In this document: positions 48,018 through 58,597 of the stretch, piece by piece
Numbering within the stretch: position 1 is the first letter of the stretch
Layout of the letters: each line of letters begins with the position of its first letter
DNA from: a bacterium
GTDB taxonomy: Bacteria > Patescibacteriota > Patescibacteriia > JAGPKW01
Direction: 5' to 3'
DNA length: 64,000 nucleotides
NCBI GenBank assembly: GCA_021780535.1
Contig: JAJXYN010000009.1
Coordinates: 224,360-288,359, forward strand
Translations under genes and position numbers: made by a program
The notes under the pieces: model-generated
The model's database searches: none
Told to the model about the DNA's origin: nothing
Seen by the model: only the letters and a program-made list of their open reading frames with translations

Positions 48018-48653
48018 TCAACCTCTAAACTTCTCATATAAATCTTTCAACGCACAATCATTATTACCCACTCTCCCAGTCTTACAACATTCTCTCCCAT
48101 GTTGAATTATTAAATATGTGTATTTATTCCATAATTTTTTGTCCAATATTTTCATTAATTCTAGTTCTCCTTTTTTTGCATCATTTCTATCTTTTATTAA
48201 TCCTAGACAATAATTTAATCTTAACATGTGCGTATCTACTGCTATTCCTGAATTTATTCCATATACTGTTGATAATATTATATTCGCTGTTTTTCTTCCT
48301 ACTCCATTTAATTCTACTAATTCTTCCATATTGCTTGGGACTTTCCTGTTATACTTTTGTTTTATAATCTTGCATGTTGTGAGTATGTTTTTTGATTTTG
48401 TATTATAAAGCCCTATTGATTTTATATCTTTTTTGAATTCTTCTATGTTGCAATTACAATAATCTTCTATGGTTTTATATTTTTTAAATAATTTTTCTGT
48501 TACTTTGTTTACCATCTTATCGGTACATTGTGCTGATAATATTACGGCTATTAATAATTCTAATGGGTTAGAATAATTTAAAGCTATTTTCTGTTCTCCG
48601 TACAATATTTTTAACCTTTTATATACTTCTTTTATTTTTTCTTTTTTTGTCAT
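48018..48653 (-). CDS. nth: Endonuclease III
   Basis: HhH LNGVGRKTANIIL, catalytic Lys/Asp region and a C-terminal Cys cluster (CCKTGRVGNNDC). Confidence 0.9.
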   Translation of the reverse strand: MTKKEKIKEVYKRLKILYGEQKIALNYSNPLELLIAVILSAQCTDKMVNKVTEKLFKKYKTIEDYCNCNIEEFKKDIKSIGLYNTKSKNILTTCKIIKQKYNRKVPSNMEELVELNGVGRKTANIILSTVYGINSGIAVDTHMLRLNYCLGLIKDRNDAKKGELELMKILDKKLWNKYTYLIIQHGRECCKTGRVGNNDCALKDLYEKFRG

Positions 48654-48822
48654 AATTATTATTTATTCTATATATTAACATGAAACTAAATATTAATTAA
48701 TATTTTTTATTATTGGGTTTTCCTCATGTTATTATTTATGAATCTACACTATAATAGTATCTATTAGTTCCTTGTGTTTATTGTCTTATTTATATAGTAT
48801 AGGAAATAAATAATATGAAGAA

Positions 48823-49707
48823 ATGAATTTTATATTTAACGCCTTTTCTAACCTATTCAAACTTATTGAATGGATATTAAAAAAAACATACAAAATCATT
48901 AGGGTTTTAGGATTTTTTGTTTTTACTTTTGTTTTTTTGATTTTTGGATGGATTATATTTTTTCTTATATATAAACTACTTATAGCTAGAATATTAAAAA
49001 ATAAAGAAACTAGAATTGTTAATAAATTTTTTTATGATTGCATAGTATTTTTTATAAAATCTTTTTTAGATACATTTGTGGAAGTGAAAATATGGGGCAA
49101 AAAAAATATATCAAAAGATACTTCAAAGTTATTTATATCAAATCATTTTTCTTCTACTGATCCTTTATTTATGTTTGGTTTTATAAAAGATAGAATCCAT
49201 ATGGTTATTGGACCAGCCTATGATATTCCTGTATTAAAAAATTTTTTAAGAGTACTTGAACAAATAGATGCTACAGAAAATAATAGAAAAAATGTTGTTT
49301 CTAATTCTATAGAATATATAAAAAGAAATGAATCTGTATATATATTTCCAGAAGGAGACTTAAACAACCAACAAGATTTTTTAAATTTTTATCATGGTGC
49401 TGCTAAGATATATATAGAATCTAATGGTATTGCACCAATAATTCCAATAGGGATAGTTGCATCTAAAAAAGATGTTAAAGAATTTAAATTATTTAATATA
49501 AAATCTAAAAAAAATAATAAAACATATAAAAGTTTAAATGTTTTATCTGGTAGATATCTTATTAATATTGGTGAACCTTTAGAATTTCAAGAACTTTTGA
49601 ATAGTGATAAATCTTATGAAGATAAATGTAATCAAATAACTACATTTATAAAAAAATATGTTAAGGAGCTTGTTGATGAAGCTAAATTTGATAAATTTTG
49701 GAATTAA
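48823..49707 (+). CDS. 1-acyl-sn-glycerol-3-phosphate acyltransferase family (PlsC-like)
   Basis: ISNHFSSTDP (H-x4-D) and FPEGDL acyltransferase motifs. N-terminal transmembrane helix. Confidence 0.75.
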   Translation: MNFIFNAFSNLFKLIEWILKKTYKIIRVLGFFVFTFVFLIFGWIIFFLIYKLLIARILKNKETRIVNKFFYDCIVFFIKSFLDTFVEVKIWGKKNISKDTSKLFISNHFSSTDPLFMFGFIKDRIHMVIGPAYDIPVLKNFLRVLEQIDATENNRKNVVSNSIEYIKRNESVYIFPEGDLNNQQDFLNFYHGAAKIYIESNGIAPIIPIGIVASKKDVKEFKLFNIKSKKNNKTYKSLNVLSGRYLINIGEPLEFQELLNSDKSYEDKCNQITTFIKKYVKELVDEAKFDKFWN

Positions 49708-50198
49708 TTCAAATAAATATTTTCTTTATTTGAATCTGATAATATATTTGTTCCCTTTCCATCTGCAGCTAATATTAGGCTTTTATTGAATACTAATTCT
49801 GTTGTTTTTATTTCTTGATTCTTTATTTTAAATTTCATAGTAAATAACTCCCCTTTCCCTACAAATCCATCTGTTGAACCCCCCGCAAAATATATATATC
49901 CTTTAGAATTTGAATACCTTGGGGATTTCATCCAAAGATTAAAGATAGAATTATTATAATATTCTATTCCCACTATTTCCAAATCTTTATTATTAAAATT
50001 TATAGTTGATTGCCCAGCATTAACTATAGAACTTGAATTTACGTTTAACGAAACTTCTATAATTCCTTTTTTTTCATTAATACTTTGATTTAAATAAAAA
50101 TTAGCACTTTCAGCGTTTGCAATATTACAAAATAACAATCCAAACATAAATGGAATAGCTAAAAACAATATATTATTAGATATTGTTATTTTTTTCAT
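49704..50198 (-). CDS. Secreted beta-rich protein, paralog of the N-terminal domain encoded at 50176..51204 (cohesin-like candidate)
   Basis: Signal peptide. LWMKSPRYSNSKGYIYFAGGSTDGF aligns with FWVKSPRIQGNKIFFSGITPGGF of its neighbour. Confidence 0.4.
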   Translation of the reverse strand: MKKITISNNILFLAIPFMFGLLFCNIANAESANFYLNQSINEKKGIIEVSLNVNSSSIVNAGQSTINFNNKDLEIVGIEYYNNSIFNLWMKSPRYSNSKGYIYFAGGSTDGFVGKGELFTMKFKIKNQEIKTTELVFNKSLILAADGKGTNILSDSNKENIYLN

Positions 50199-51204
50199 TT
50201 TTTAATTTATTTCTTCTATTTAAATACGCATTTAGAAGTATTAACACAAAAACTATAAAAAGTAAAGAGATAATTATAACATTATAATTAATAACTGCTT
50301 TTTTTTCATTAATTATAAATGGCCCTATTTTTTCAATTCTATAATTACCAGCTAAATCAACAGCCTTTACTTGTATTTCTTTTGTTAAATCTTGAAATTG
50401 TAATACATAAGGACTTTCTGCTCTTTTAAATGCTTCATCACCTTCTTTAACTTCATAATAATCTATTCCTGAATCTTTATCTTGTGCATTAAATATTATA
50501 GAAAATTTTCCATTACCTATTTTACTATCTTTTATTATTTTTACCGTAAATTCTTCTGGTCTTGTTGTATCTTCTGGATTAACTTTATCTGTGTTGTTAA
50601 TAGAATTATCAATCGGTTTATCTACTACTGGCGTTTGATTATTTACTGGCTGGTTATCAGTATTAGTTGGTGGATTTGCTGTATTATCTTTATTCGTTAC
50701 TGGCTGATTATTATTAGATGAATTGTTATTTGTATTTACAATTTCTAATAATAAATTTTTTATTTTAAATTTATCCTCTGTTGCATTACCATCATTCAAT
50801 AAAAATTTACTATTACTATCTATTTCTATACTTGTGATGCCTGGCTGCTTTGCAACAAATAAAGCAGAGAATATTTTTCCATTTTCTCCATTAAAGCCAC
50901 CTGGTGTTATCCCTGAAAAAAATATTTTATTACCTTGTATTCTTGGACTTTTTACCCAAAAAGCCACAGTAGAGTTACCTTTATAAATTTTTTGTAATTC
51001 TAAAAAATTACTATCAAAAGATAAAGACGATTCAAAAGCATTTATATTAGAGTTTTCTGTATTTATTAAAAAATCTACTCTAAAAACCTCACTAGTTGAA
51101 AGTTTATTACTTGTGGAATTTAAATAAACTGTTGAAGCATTAACATTAAACCCCAACAAAAAAATTGCAAATATAAGTGTTTGTAAAATAATTTTTTTTA
51201 TCAT
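50176..51204 (-). CDS. Two-domain secreted protein with an Asn/Pro/Thr-rich linker and a C-terminal transmembrane anchor (scaffoldin-like candidate)
   Basis: Signal peptide. Domain 1 is homologous to the protein encoded at 49704. NQPVTNKDNTANPPTNTDNQPV linker. C-terminal hydrophobic helix plus basic tail. Confidence 0.4.
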   Translation of the reverse strand: MIKKIILQTLIFAIFLLGFNVNASTVYLNSTSNKLSTSEVFRVDFLINTENSNINAFESSLSFDSNFLELQKIYKGNSTVAFWVKSPRIQGNKIFFSGITPGGFNGENGKIFSALFVAKQPGITSIEIDSNSKFLLNDGNATEDKFKIKNLLLEIVNTNNNSSNNNQPVTNKDNTANPPTNTDNQPVNNQTPVVDKPIDNSINNTDKVNPEDTTRPEEFTVKIIKDSKIGNGKFSIIFNAQDKDSGIDYYEVKEGDEAFKRAESPYVLQFQDLTKEIQVKAVDLAGNYRIEKIGPFIINEKKAVINYNVIIISLLFIVFVLILLNAYLNRRNKLKNEKNNNI

Positions 51205-51212
51205 TTGTTTGA

Positions 51213-52199
51213 TTAATCACCTGTCCAATTATATGCCATTATAGAAAAATCTTTAATATCTATAATACCATCATTATTAAAATCTCCTTCTTTATAGTCA
51301 CTAGCTAACCAATGGAACAAAAGTATTGAAAAATCTATTAAATCAACATTACCATCTCCATTTAAATCACACTTTACCTTATAGTTATTATAATTTTCTG
51401 AATTTTTAATTTTATCATTTGAAATTAATATATTAATATCAATATTTTTACTTGAACCCACAATAGTATCGCTTAATAAATTTTTTGAATATAAAACATA
51501 ATTACCTTCTAATAAATCCTTTGTGTCAAATTGATATATATAATACCCTTGTTTGTTTGTTTTTATGGTATTTAATATTTTTTCTGTATTATCTTTTTTG
51601 TTTTGTAAGAATATTTGAACATCTGATTCTGATAAACCATAGCCATCTATATTAATATTCTCTCCTTTTTTAACTTCATTTACACTAGAGCTGATAGTTG
51701 GGGAAACATAAACATCTGTTACGGATATATAACTTCCCGGATTTAAGCTAACATTGAAATTTACTAAATTTGTTGTTGTTTTATTTTTAGTTTCTGACGT
51801 AACACTAAAAGAATAATCACCATGATAAAAACCATATATACTTTGAGAAAAATTCCCATTATCATCTGATTTAGCATATATTAAAATTTTTCCATCTTTT
51901 AAAATTTTAATTTTTGCATTAGGGATTGTCCTTCCTTGTATAAATATTACAGAGGAAGCAAGATTAACTTTTGAATGAGGCCCTTCATTATCATCTGTTG
52001 GGGATGTACAATCTGGATCTGCTGGATAATCAATTAGACCATCTCCATCATTATCTCTTCCATCCATACATTGTGGTACATATATTATTTTTAATGAAAA
52101 TTGTGGATTTGCTGCAAATGTTTGCTTATTAAAAAACAATGAGATTATAAAAATAATCAATGATGTTGTAAAAAAATTAAAAAATTTTTTATTAACCAT
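51213..52199 (-). CDS. Secreted dockerin-domain protein
   Basis: Two Ca-binding dockerin repeats (DLNGDGNVDLIDFSILL and DFNNDGIIDIKDFSIMA) at the C-terminus. N-terminal DNDGDGLIDYPADPDC. Signal peptide. Confidence 0.65.
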   Translation of the reverse strand: MVNKKFFNFFTTSLIIFIISLFFNKQTFAANPQFSLKIIYVPQCMDGRDNDGDGLIDYPADPDCTSPTDDNEGPHSKVNLASSVIFIQGRTIPNAKIKILKDGKILIYAKSDDNGNFSQSIYGFYHGDYSFSVTSETKNKTTTNLVNFNVSLNPGSYISVTDVYVSPTISSSVNEVKKGENINIDGYGLSESDVQIFLQNKKDNTEKILNTIKTNKQGYYIYQFDTKDLLEGNYVLYSKNLLSDTIVGSSKNIDINILISNDKIKNSENYNNYKVKCDLNGDGNVDLIDFSILLFHWLASDYKEGDFNNDGIIDIKDFSIMAYNWTGD

Positions 52200-52287
52200 C
52201 TTAATTTATACCTTAATTTAAATTAATATTTTATCTGTTAATTATATCATTTTAGATTTTTTATTTATAATAATTATCCACAAAAAT

Positions 52288-52314
52288 AAATATCACGCGA
52301 AGTGCGTGATATTT
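52288..52314 (-). terminator. Terminator of the giant surface protein gene
   Basis: Perfect 11-bp hairpin aaatatcacgc-gaagt-gcgtgatattt, 10 nt after the stop. Confidence 0.55.
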
Positions 52315-52324
52315 ATAAGAAAAA

Positions 52325-55300
52325 TCAATTACCTATTACTGTAAGTGTCATATTTATTGAATACTCTCCACTTCTCTGACTTGCTGGAATTGATTGTAAT
52401 ATTGATACACCCATAATATCCCAATAAGAATTTGTTTGAGTTGCCGATGAAGATGACGCTATAGTAAGTGAATTTTGAGTGCCCTCAATAAAAGATGATG
52501 GACTTGAAAGAACTATACCCGTTGAAGTACCTCCTGGTTTTGGTGTGATAGAGGCAAATGAAGGATCTATAGACATTTGCCCACCTATAGTGTCCGGATC
52601 TGGTCCATCTTTTGCATCTGGTGTGGGGTCATTAAAATCATAACTATCTGTTCCGTCTGACCAAAAAGCAGTTTCTCCATATGATGCTGATAATGATACT
52701 GTCCATAAAGGATTAGCTGTTGAATTTGTTATTCTAATTTTTTGATTATCAAATCCAAATATACCTTGAGAACTTGAACTTGAATAACTAAATGTCCTTG
52801 GGTCCAAACTAAATATTGGATTCGTTATGGAATTTCCATTATTATCCACTATATCTATTGATAAAACACCAGATACTATAGAAACTTCTGGATAATTTGA
52901 GTATGTTTGTATATCTGTACCATCCACATTTACAACTTTAAAACAAAATGTTTTTCCTACCCCTGCATTATTATCAAATAAAGCAAAGTCCCATTTACCA
53001 TATTCTCCTATATTTAAATCACTCATGGAATTTGAAAAATCTCCGATTTCATTATATGTTTGATTTTTAATAGTAGCACCAATTTCATAAGGATCAGAAA
53101 GATTGCTTGTTAAAGCTACTCCACTGGAAACACTTGGATTATCTTTTAGCGCTATTGCCGTTGTCCTTGTTAAAACTGAATATGGGTATTGTGGATTACT
53201 ACATGTACCTGTCCCTTTTTCTGCAAATTGTAATTTAAAAAATCCTTCGTTTTGTAATATTTTGTTTTTAGAAACAGACATTAATAATCTTAATCTAAAA
53301 TCAGACAATGGTTCAATAGATCCTGCTATGTTTTGTTCTGCTATTCCATTTCCAACATCTGACGAATCTGTGTTTTTAAATAGTTTATAAGAGGCTAGAT
53401 TATAATATGGGCTTGTATTAACTGAAACCATAGGATAATTAGTATAATTATCTAATACTTCACCAGTAGATTTAACTAATCTAAAATAATAATTATTACC
53501 TGTAGCGTTTTTAGGGATTAAAGAAAAATCATATTCTCCAACATCATTATTTAATAAATTATTTATATTATTTATTGTTGGATTTTGTTCTGAATAAGAT
53601 TCTTTTTTTGTTGATGTAGATAATAATGTATTACCTATAACACTATCTGAATTAACTAAATTATTATCATAAAATTCCCATTCCTGATTTAAACCAACAC
53701 CATTCCAAGGACCTACTAATGATTTTGAATACTGTAAGACAAATGAAGTAGAGCTTGCTTTAAGTTCTGATAAATTATTTTTTATATTTATTCTTAATCT
53801 TAGTGGATTATTTTTTGAATCAGACAACCCTACTTGATTTTCATTAGCTATTGCCGTTACTGGGTCTATTGCATTTGTATTTGAATACCATCTATAAGAA
53901 TTTTGTGTTAAAGAATTCCCTATAGTTAATTTGGCATAATTTAAATATTCTTCAAAATCAGATCCTTCTGCTCTTATTAATTTAAAATAATATGTTGATT
54001 TTTCTGCGTTTTTTGAATTTAAAGGAAAATCATATTCTCCAGACTGATCTACTTGAATTATGTTTGGATTCAAATCTATTGGGTTTACTTCTGAATACAA
54101 TTCACCAACATTAGAATTAGACAATAACATTTGTGATATTATTGCTGATTGATTTATATTAACCGAATCATAAAATTCCCAGTCTTCTTTAGTCTCAACC
54201 GTATTTAAAGATGTTGTGGGACCGACAGAAACTAATTTAATTAATTTAAAATAATTAAATTTTCCGACCGACAAAATATCCCCACCATTAGATAAAACAT
54301 AAATACCCACATCTTGAACATTAGAAGCATTTGCTATTGTCACGGAATTCATTGCTGAAAAATTTATGCAGTCAATAGAATATGTTGCAGTAAAAACTGT
54401 CCCTTGTTTTTTAATTCTCAAACAATGCGGCCAGGTTGGAGTAACTGTTGGCGAATATAATGTATCTAAATAACCATTATTATTACTATCCCAAGCTGAA
54501 AGAAATGCTGTATTAATATTATCAACATTAACAAAATACCCATTATTTGGTTGTGTTTTTGTAATATCATTTTTAACCATAAGACCCATATTTTCTGAAG
54601 GACTTACATTATCCTGAGAAATACATCTTAAAGTAGCCTCAAAATCTCCATCTATATTATCTTGGTACACTGTTGAATAATCATCTACTGGAGTAACACC
54701 CGTAGCTTCCCATGTATCAACACCTCCAGAATTTATATTTAATGTACCATTTGATTCTGAAAAACTTGTTCCAGAAACTTTATCATTATCAAACGTTTTC
54801 CAATCTGATCTTATTGCCCCACCACTAAAATCATCATAAACTGCATATATATTATTTAAATTTGTTGGTGGGTTTACTGCATTTGGATTACCATAATACA
54901 CATAATAGTCACCTGTTGTTGATGAATTTGTATTTACTGCAATGTCAGACATGAGTCTAAATTGTATATTAGAAGATGTAGAAAACCAATTATCTGCTAT
55001 TCTGTCTAATTCATAATTTTCACCAGTACTTTTTTGAAAAACTACTCTAATATCATCACCACTTGTTTGAGCAATTTGTGTGTTCATTGTGAATGACACC
55101 GTTAGTCCACTTGGCAGTAATGAGTGACTTGTCCCAAAATTTATCTTTTGTCTTTTTGAATAATAATTATTCCACCATTTTGCACCAACACTAGGATTTG
55201 AAACTGTTTTCCATGGACCATTTATACTCATTTTTGAATATTGTAAAATGAAACCTTTTGAAGTAAGTGCTTCATTTTTTGCTTGAACGTTTAATCTTAA

Positions 55301-57235
55301 TCTTGCTAAATCATTTTCATTTATAAAAGATTCTGAATTTTCTTGAGCTAATGAAATTGTTGGTGTTATTAGATCATTGTTTGCATACCATCTGTAATAG
55401 TTTTGAACCAAATGACTTCCAACCAACATTTCTGGATAATTTAAATAGCTACTCAATTCTTTATTATCTGTTGCATTAAATAATCTCAAACAATAATCAC
55501 CATCCAAAATGGTGCTAGAAATTTTAATACTATATTCTAGTTCCGTGTATCCATTGTTTAATAAAGCTATTTGACTACTAGTATTTGTTGTATCCATACC
55601 TCTGCCTGATGTAAATGTGTATGCTTCTGGATTATCAAATATTGGCAACGTTAAATCTTGATCTATATATTGGGTTGAATCTGACATAACAATATTTGAA
55701 GCATCTGGTATATCTTTCCATGTTGTAGTGCTTAAACAACTACCCCCCGTTTTTGACCCATATTGTATTTTTAAACCTTTACCAGCTGTTGTATCTGATT
55801 CTCCAGTATTTGAAATTGCAAATCTAATTCTATAATTTATATTTTTTGTTATTAATGGTGGGTTTTCATTATAATTCGTTGTTAACCAACCATTGTTATC
55901 ATTTAATGCTTTTGTATCATCTCTCCATTTGTATTTATATTGATTCAATGTTGGTTGTGGCGTGTATTGTATATTTTTAAAATTAAGACCTTGAGCCCAT
56001 GTTGCAAAATTATAACTAGTCCCTGTTGGATAATATTCTCTTTGCAATGTGATTGTTGTATTTGCAGAATATCTAGATGAAAAAATACCAGCTGGATAAT
56101 TATTTGTATTATTATTCATACTTGAATAAGCCGTTGACATTCTACAAGTTGTATTTGGATTTGATGTGGTTGTTATAGCAGCAGTTTTAGAACCACCCCC
56201 AGAATTTGTTTTAAATTTATAATCTACTGATAAATTTGGATGGCTAAATACATATATATCAAATGATTTAATTGCTCCTGATATTTGAGAGCCCATGGCT
56301 ACTGTTGTTTCTGATGTATTTTGTGCAACCCCATTTCCTAGCGTTATTATTGTACCGAGTGAACCATTACCAAGTGCTGCTGCTTGTGAATATCCAGATC
56401 CGTACACCCAAGTATTAGCTCTTGTGGCTGAAGATATTGTTGCTGTATTATATGCTGCCGTTGTATTTGAACCACTTGCACCATTTGAACCAGATATAGC
56501 AACTCTTTGCACATTCCAAGCACTTCCCCACTCTATCGCGTAAACAGTACTTGTTGCTAATGACAAAATACCATCATTATTACTATTATATCTTTCCCAA
56601 TTTATCGTATTTGTCCCTGTTGGATAAAGTCTTAGCCAACCTGCATTATAATAACCAGAATTTGCGGCGCTATCTTCTATATTTGTTCCAGAACCTAACC
56701 CCCCACCAAATATAGAAACTTTATTAATATTAGTCCATGGGGTAATGGAAGATGTTGTTCCTGACTGTAATCTAGTTGTTGTATTTGTATATCTTGGAGT
56801 TGATAAATCTAATATATCTAATGTCTTAAATCCATTATTTGTACAATCAACTAAACACTCAACTACTGTCACCACACCAACCCAACTTGATGAACCTACT
56901 GCATATCTTTTTAGTTCTACCGATGTTGTACTTCCTGTTGTTGGTAAACTTTTATTTGCTCCTAATGGTAATTTTGATATTTTTACATAACTGTTTGTGG
57001 GACTTTTTATGACATTCCCACTTTCAGCTCCTCGTATTAGAATAAAATGATCTGGAGATAATGGATTATTTAAAGTCAAATTATATGTAGTGCCAGTAAA
57101 ACCTGTTGTTATATTATATTCTGTAACTCTAAAAACATCACTAGCAGAGACATTACGTGATACAAAAAAACAACCTAAAACAAGGCTTCCTAATAAAACT
57201 TTTTTAAAAATATTCCCCAAACTCCTTGGATTCAT
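52325..57235 (-). CDS. Giant (1636 aa) Thr/Ser/Asn-rich secreted surface protein with four internal repeat modules and a WxL-like C-terminal domain
   Basis: Signal peptide. Repeats sharing NYP…YRWY…RLRL…LQYS. The C-terminal roughly 110 aa are homologous to the C-terminus of the 210-aa protein encoded at 58714 (GQMSIDPS…YWDIMGVSILQSIPA…EYSINMTLTV). Confidence 0.7.
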   Translation of the reverse strand: MNPRSLGNIFKKVLLGSLVLGCFFVSRNVSASDVFRVTEYNITTGFTGTTYNLTLNNPLSPDHFILIRGAESGNVIKSPTNSYVKISKLPLGANKSLPTTGSTTSVELKRYAVGSSSWVGVVTVVECLVDCTNNGFKTLDILDLSTPRYTNTTTRLQSGTTSSITPWTNINKVSIFGGGLGSGTNIEDSAANSGYYNAGWLRLYPTGTNTINWERYNSNNDGILSLATSTVYAIEWGSAWNVQRVAISGSNGASGSNTTAAYNTATISSATRANTWVYGSGYSQAAALGNGSLGTIITLGNGVAQNTSETTVAMGSQISGAIKSFDIYVFSHPNLSVDYKFKTNSGGGSKTAAITTTSNPNTTCRMSTAYSSMNNNTNNYPAGIFSSRYSANTTITLQREYYPTGTSYNFATWAQGLNFKNIQYTPQPTLNQYKYKWRDDTKALNDNNGWLTTNYNENPPLITKNINYRIRFAISNTGESDTTAGKGLKIQYGSKTGGSCLSTTTWKDIPDASNIVMSDSTQYIDQDLTLPIFDNPEAYTFTSGRGMDTTNTSSQIALLNNGYTELEYSIKISSTILDGDYCLRLFNATDNKELSSYLNYPEMLVGSHLVQNYYRWYANNDLITPTISLAQENSESFINENDLARLRLNVQAKNEALTSKGFILQYSKMSINGPWKTVSNPSVGAKWWNNYYSKRQKINFGTSHSLLPSGLTVSFTMNTQIAQTSGDDIRVVFQKSTGENYELDRIADNWFSTSSNIQFRLMSDIAVNTNSSTTGDYYVYYGNPNAVNPPTNLNNIYAVYDDFSGGAIRSDWKTFDNDKVSGTSFSESNGTLNINSGGVDTWEATGVTPVDDYSTVYQDNIDGDFEATLRCISQDNVSPSENMGLMVKNDITKTQPNNGYFVNVDNINTAFLSAWDSNNNGYLDTLYSPTVTPTWPHCLRIKKQGTVFTATYSIDCINFSAMNSVTIANASNVQDVGIYVLSNGGDILSVGKFNYFKLIKLVSVGPTTSLNTVETKEDWEFYDSVNINQSAIISQMLLSNSNVGELYSEVNPIDLNPNIIQVDQSGEYDFPLNSKNAEKSTYYFKLIRAEGSDFEEYLNYAKLTIGNSLTQNSYRWYSNTNAIDPVTAIANENQVGLSDSKNNPLRLRINIKNNLSELKASSTSFVLQYSKSLVGPWNGVGLNQEWEFYDNNLVNSDSVIGNTLLSTSTKKESYSEQNPTINNINNLLNNDVGEYDFSLIPKNATGNNYYFRLVKSTGEVLDNYTNYPMVSVNTSPYYNLASYKLFKNTDSSDVGNGIAEQNIAGSIEPLSDFRLRLLMSVSKNKILQNEGFFKLQFAEKGTGTCSNPQYPYSVLTRTTAIALKDNPSVSSGVALTSNLSDPYEIGATIKNQTYNEIGDFSNSMSDLNIGEYGKWDFALFDNNAGVGKTFCFKVVNVDGTDIQTYSNYPEVSIVSGVLSIDIVDNNGNSITNPIFSLDPRTFSYSSSSSQGIFGFDNQKIRITNSTANPLWTVSLSASYGETAFWSDGTDSYDFNDPTPDAKDGPDPDTIGGQMSIDPSFASITPKPGGTSTGIVLSSPSSFIEGTQNSLTIASSSSATQTNSYWDIMGVSILQSIPASQRSGEYSINMTLTVIGN

Positions 57236-57352
57236 TAAAATATTTTATAATTTATTAATAATATTATAGCATAAATAAATAAATAATATATATACACAAA
57301 AACATAAAAAAGAGACTACTATCTAAAAGTAAACCTCTTTTTTTAATTTAAA

Positions 57353-58597
57353 TTATTTAGTTTTTTTCTTTTTTGTTAATTTCTTTTTTGGTGAAGTTAT
57401 TGATTTAACTTTATTTATCATAGAAATTCTTTTTTTATTATAATCTTCCTCTAGATCATCTGGTACTTTAATTTCGTCTTTTGAATCTACCATATATGGC
57501 GCTTTTATTTTGTTAACACTTGCTAACAATTTCCAATTAACTTCATATTTCTCTGCTAATACTTTTATATTTGTAGCTCTTGCAACTGTATGTTTTTTCC
57601 ATGTTCCTATCCAATTTTGTCTTTTCTTCCATATAGACAAAAGATAGATATTAAATGTTATAAATAATAATATAATAATTTCAAACATTAAACCTTTTGC
57701 TGTTGGAAATGAAAAAAATGATATTTCTTTTTCCGATTCTAATATTTTTAATTTGCTTTCATCTTTTAGATCTCCTTTAATGTTTGGATTATATTTTGCC
57801 ACTAATCTAGCTGTATAAAATCCTCCCCAAAAAGGTTTTGGTAATTCAAAATTCCAAACCGATGTTTCTCCTCTCAATACAATAAATTCTCCACCTACTG
57901 TTTTATGAGTTATTCCTAATATATTTTTTACGATTACATTTACATCTGTATTCACTGAAACATTACCACTATTTTTGATTGATGAATTAAACACAAAAGA
58001 TCCATCTTGTTTATTTGATATTTCAAATTTACCCAAAGATATTTTTTTAATCAAATCACCTGGAATTGTTATAGAAACCCTTACCCCGGTTCTTATAGAT
58101 AATTGTATTCCTGATTTTTTATTATTTTTATCAACTGTATCATCTTTTTTTTCTTGAATTAAAAAACATCCATCATGTTCACCAGAATCTGTTTTGGCTG
58201 GAATAGAAATTGTAAAAGGTATAATTTCATTTGTTCCGGGATCTAATTCTACTTCATTTTTATCTAACTTAATCCAAGATCCTACTTCTATCTTGTTTTC
58301 ACCAAATTGCTTACAAGCAAAGCCACCATCTGTTGATGATACGGAATCAGCTGCATATACTGAAAATGTTTTTTTAACTTTTGTGTTATTAATCACCATT
58401 AGACCATCTCTTTTACTTGAACCTAAATCTATATCATATGAAAAAGCGCTATCACTTTTTCTAACTGTTCCATTTTCTAAATCTGCTGGCCTTAATCCAA
58501 AACCACCATATTCAAAGGCTTTTACTGTTGGTATTAAAAAACTAGAAACAAGAAAAACCAATAAAAACGACGATGTTAAATACCTTTTATTTATCAT
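57353..58597 (-). CDS. Cell-surface protein with a C-terminal transmembrane anchor (CscA/DUF916-like candidate) followed by a LysM-like tail
   Basis: Signal peptide, beta-rich ectodomain, transmembrane helix (IIILLFITFNIYLLSIW), then HTVARATNIKVLAEKYEVNWKLLASVNKIKAPYMVDSKDEIKVP (LysM pattern) and a poly-Lys end. Confidence 0.45.
   Translation of the reverse strand: MINKRYLTSSFLLVFLVSSFLIPTVKAFEYGGFGLRPADLENGTVRKSDSAFSYDIDLGSSKRDGLMVINNTKVKKTFSVYAADSVSSTDGGFACKQFGENKIEVGSWIKLDKNEVELDPGTNEIIPFTISIPAKTDSGEHDGCFLIQEKKDDTVDKNNKKSGIQLSIRTGVRVSITIPGDLIKKISLGKFEISNKQDGSFVFNSSIKNSGNVSVNTDVNVIVKNILGITHKTVGGEFIVLRGETSVWNFELPKPFWGGFYTARLVAKYNPNIKGDLKDESKLKILESEKEISFFSFPTAKGLMFEIIILLFITFNIYLLSIWKKRQNWIGTWKKHTVARATNIKVLAEKYEVNWKLLASVNKIKAPYMVDSKDEIKVPDDLEEDYNKKRISMINKVKSITSPKKKLTKKKKTK

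Noticed and set aside
53103-56990. Three plus-strand ORFs (53103..53390, 56295..56543, 56745..56990) inside the giant gene
   Set aside because: Antisense artefacts of the Thr/Ser/Asn-rich codon composition. No ribosome-binding site or motifs.
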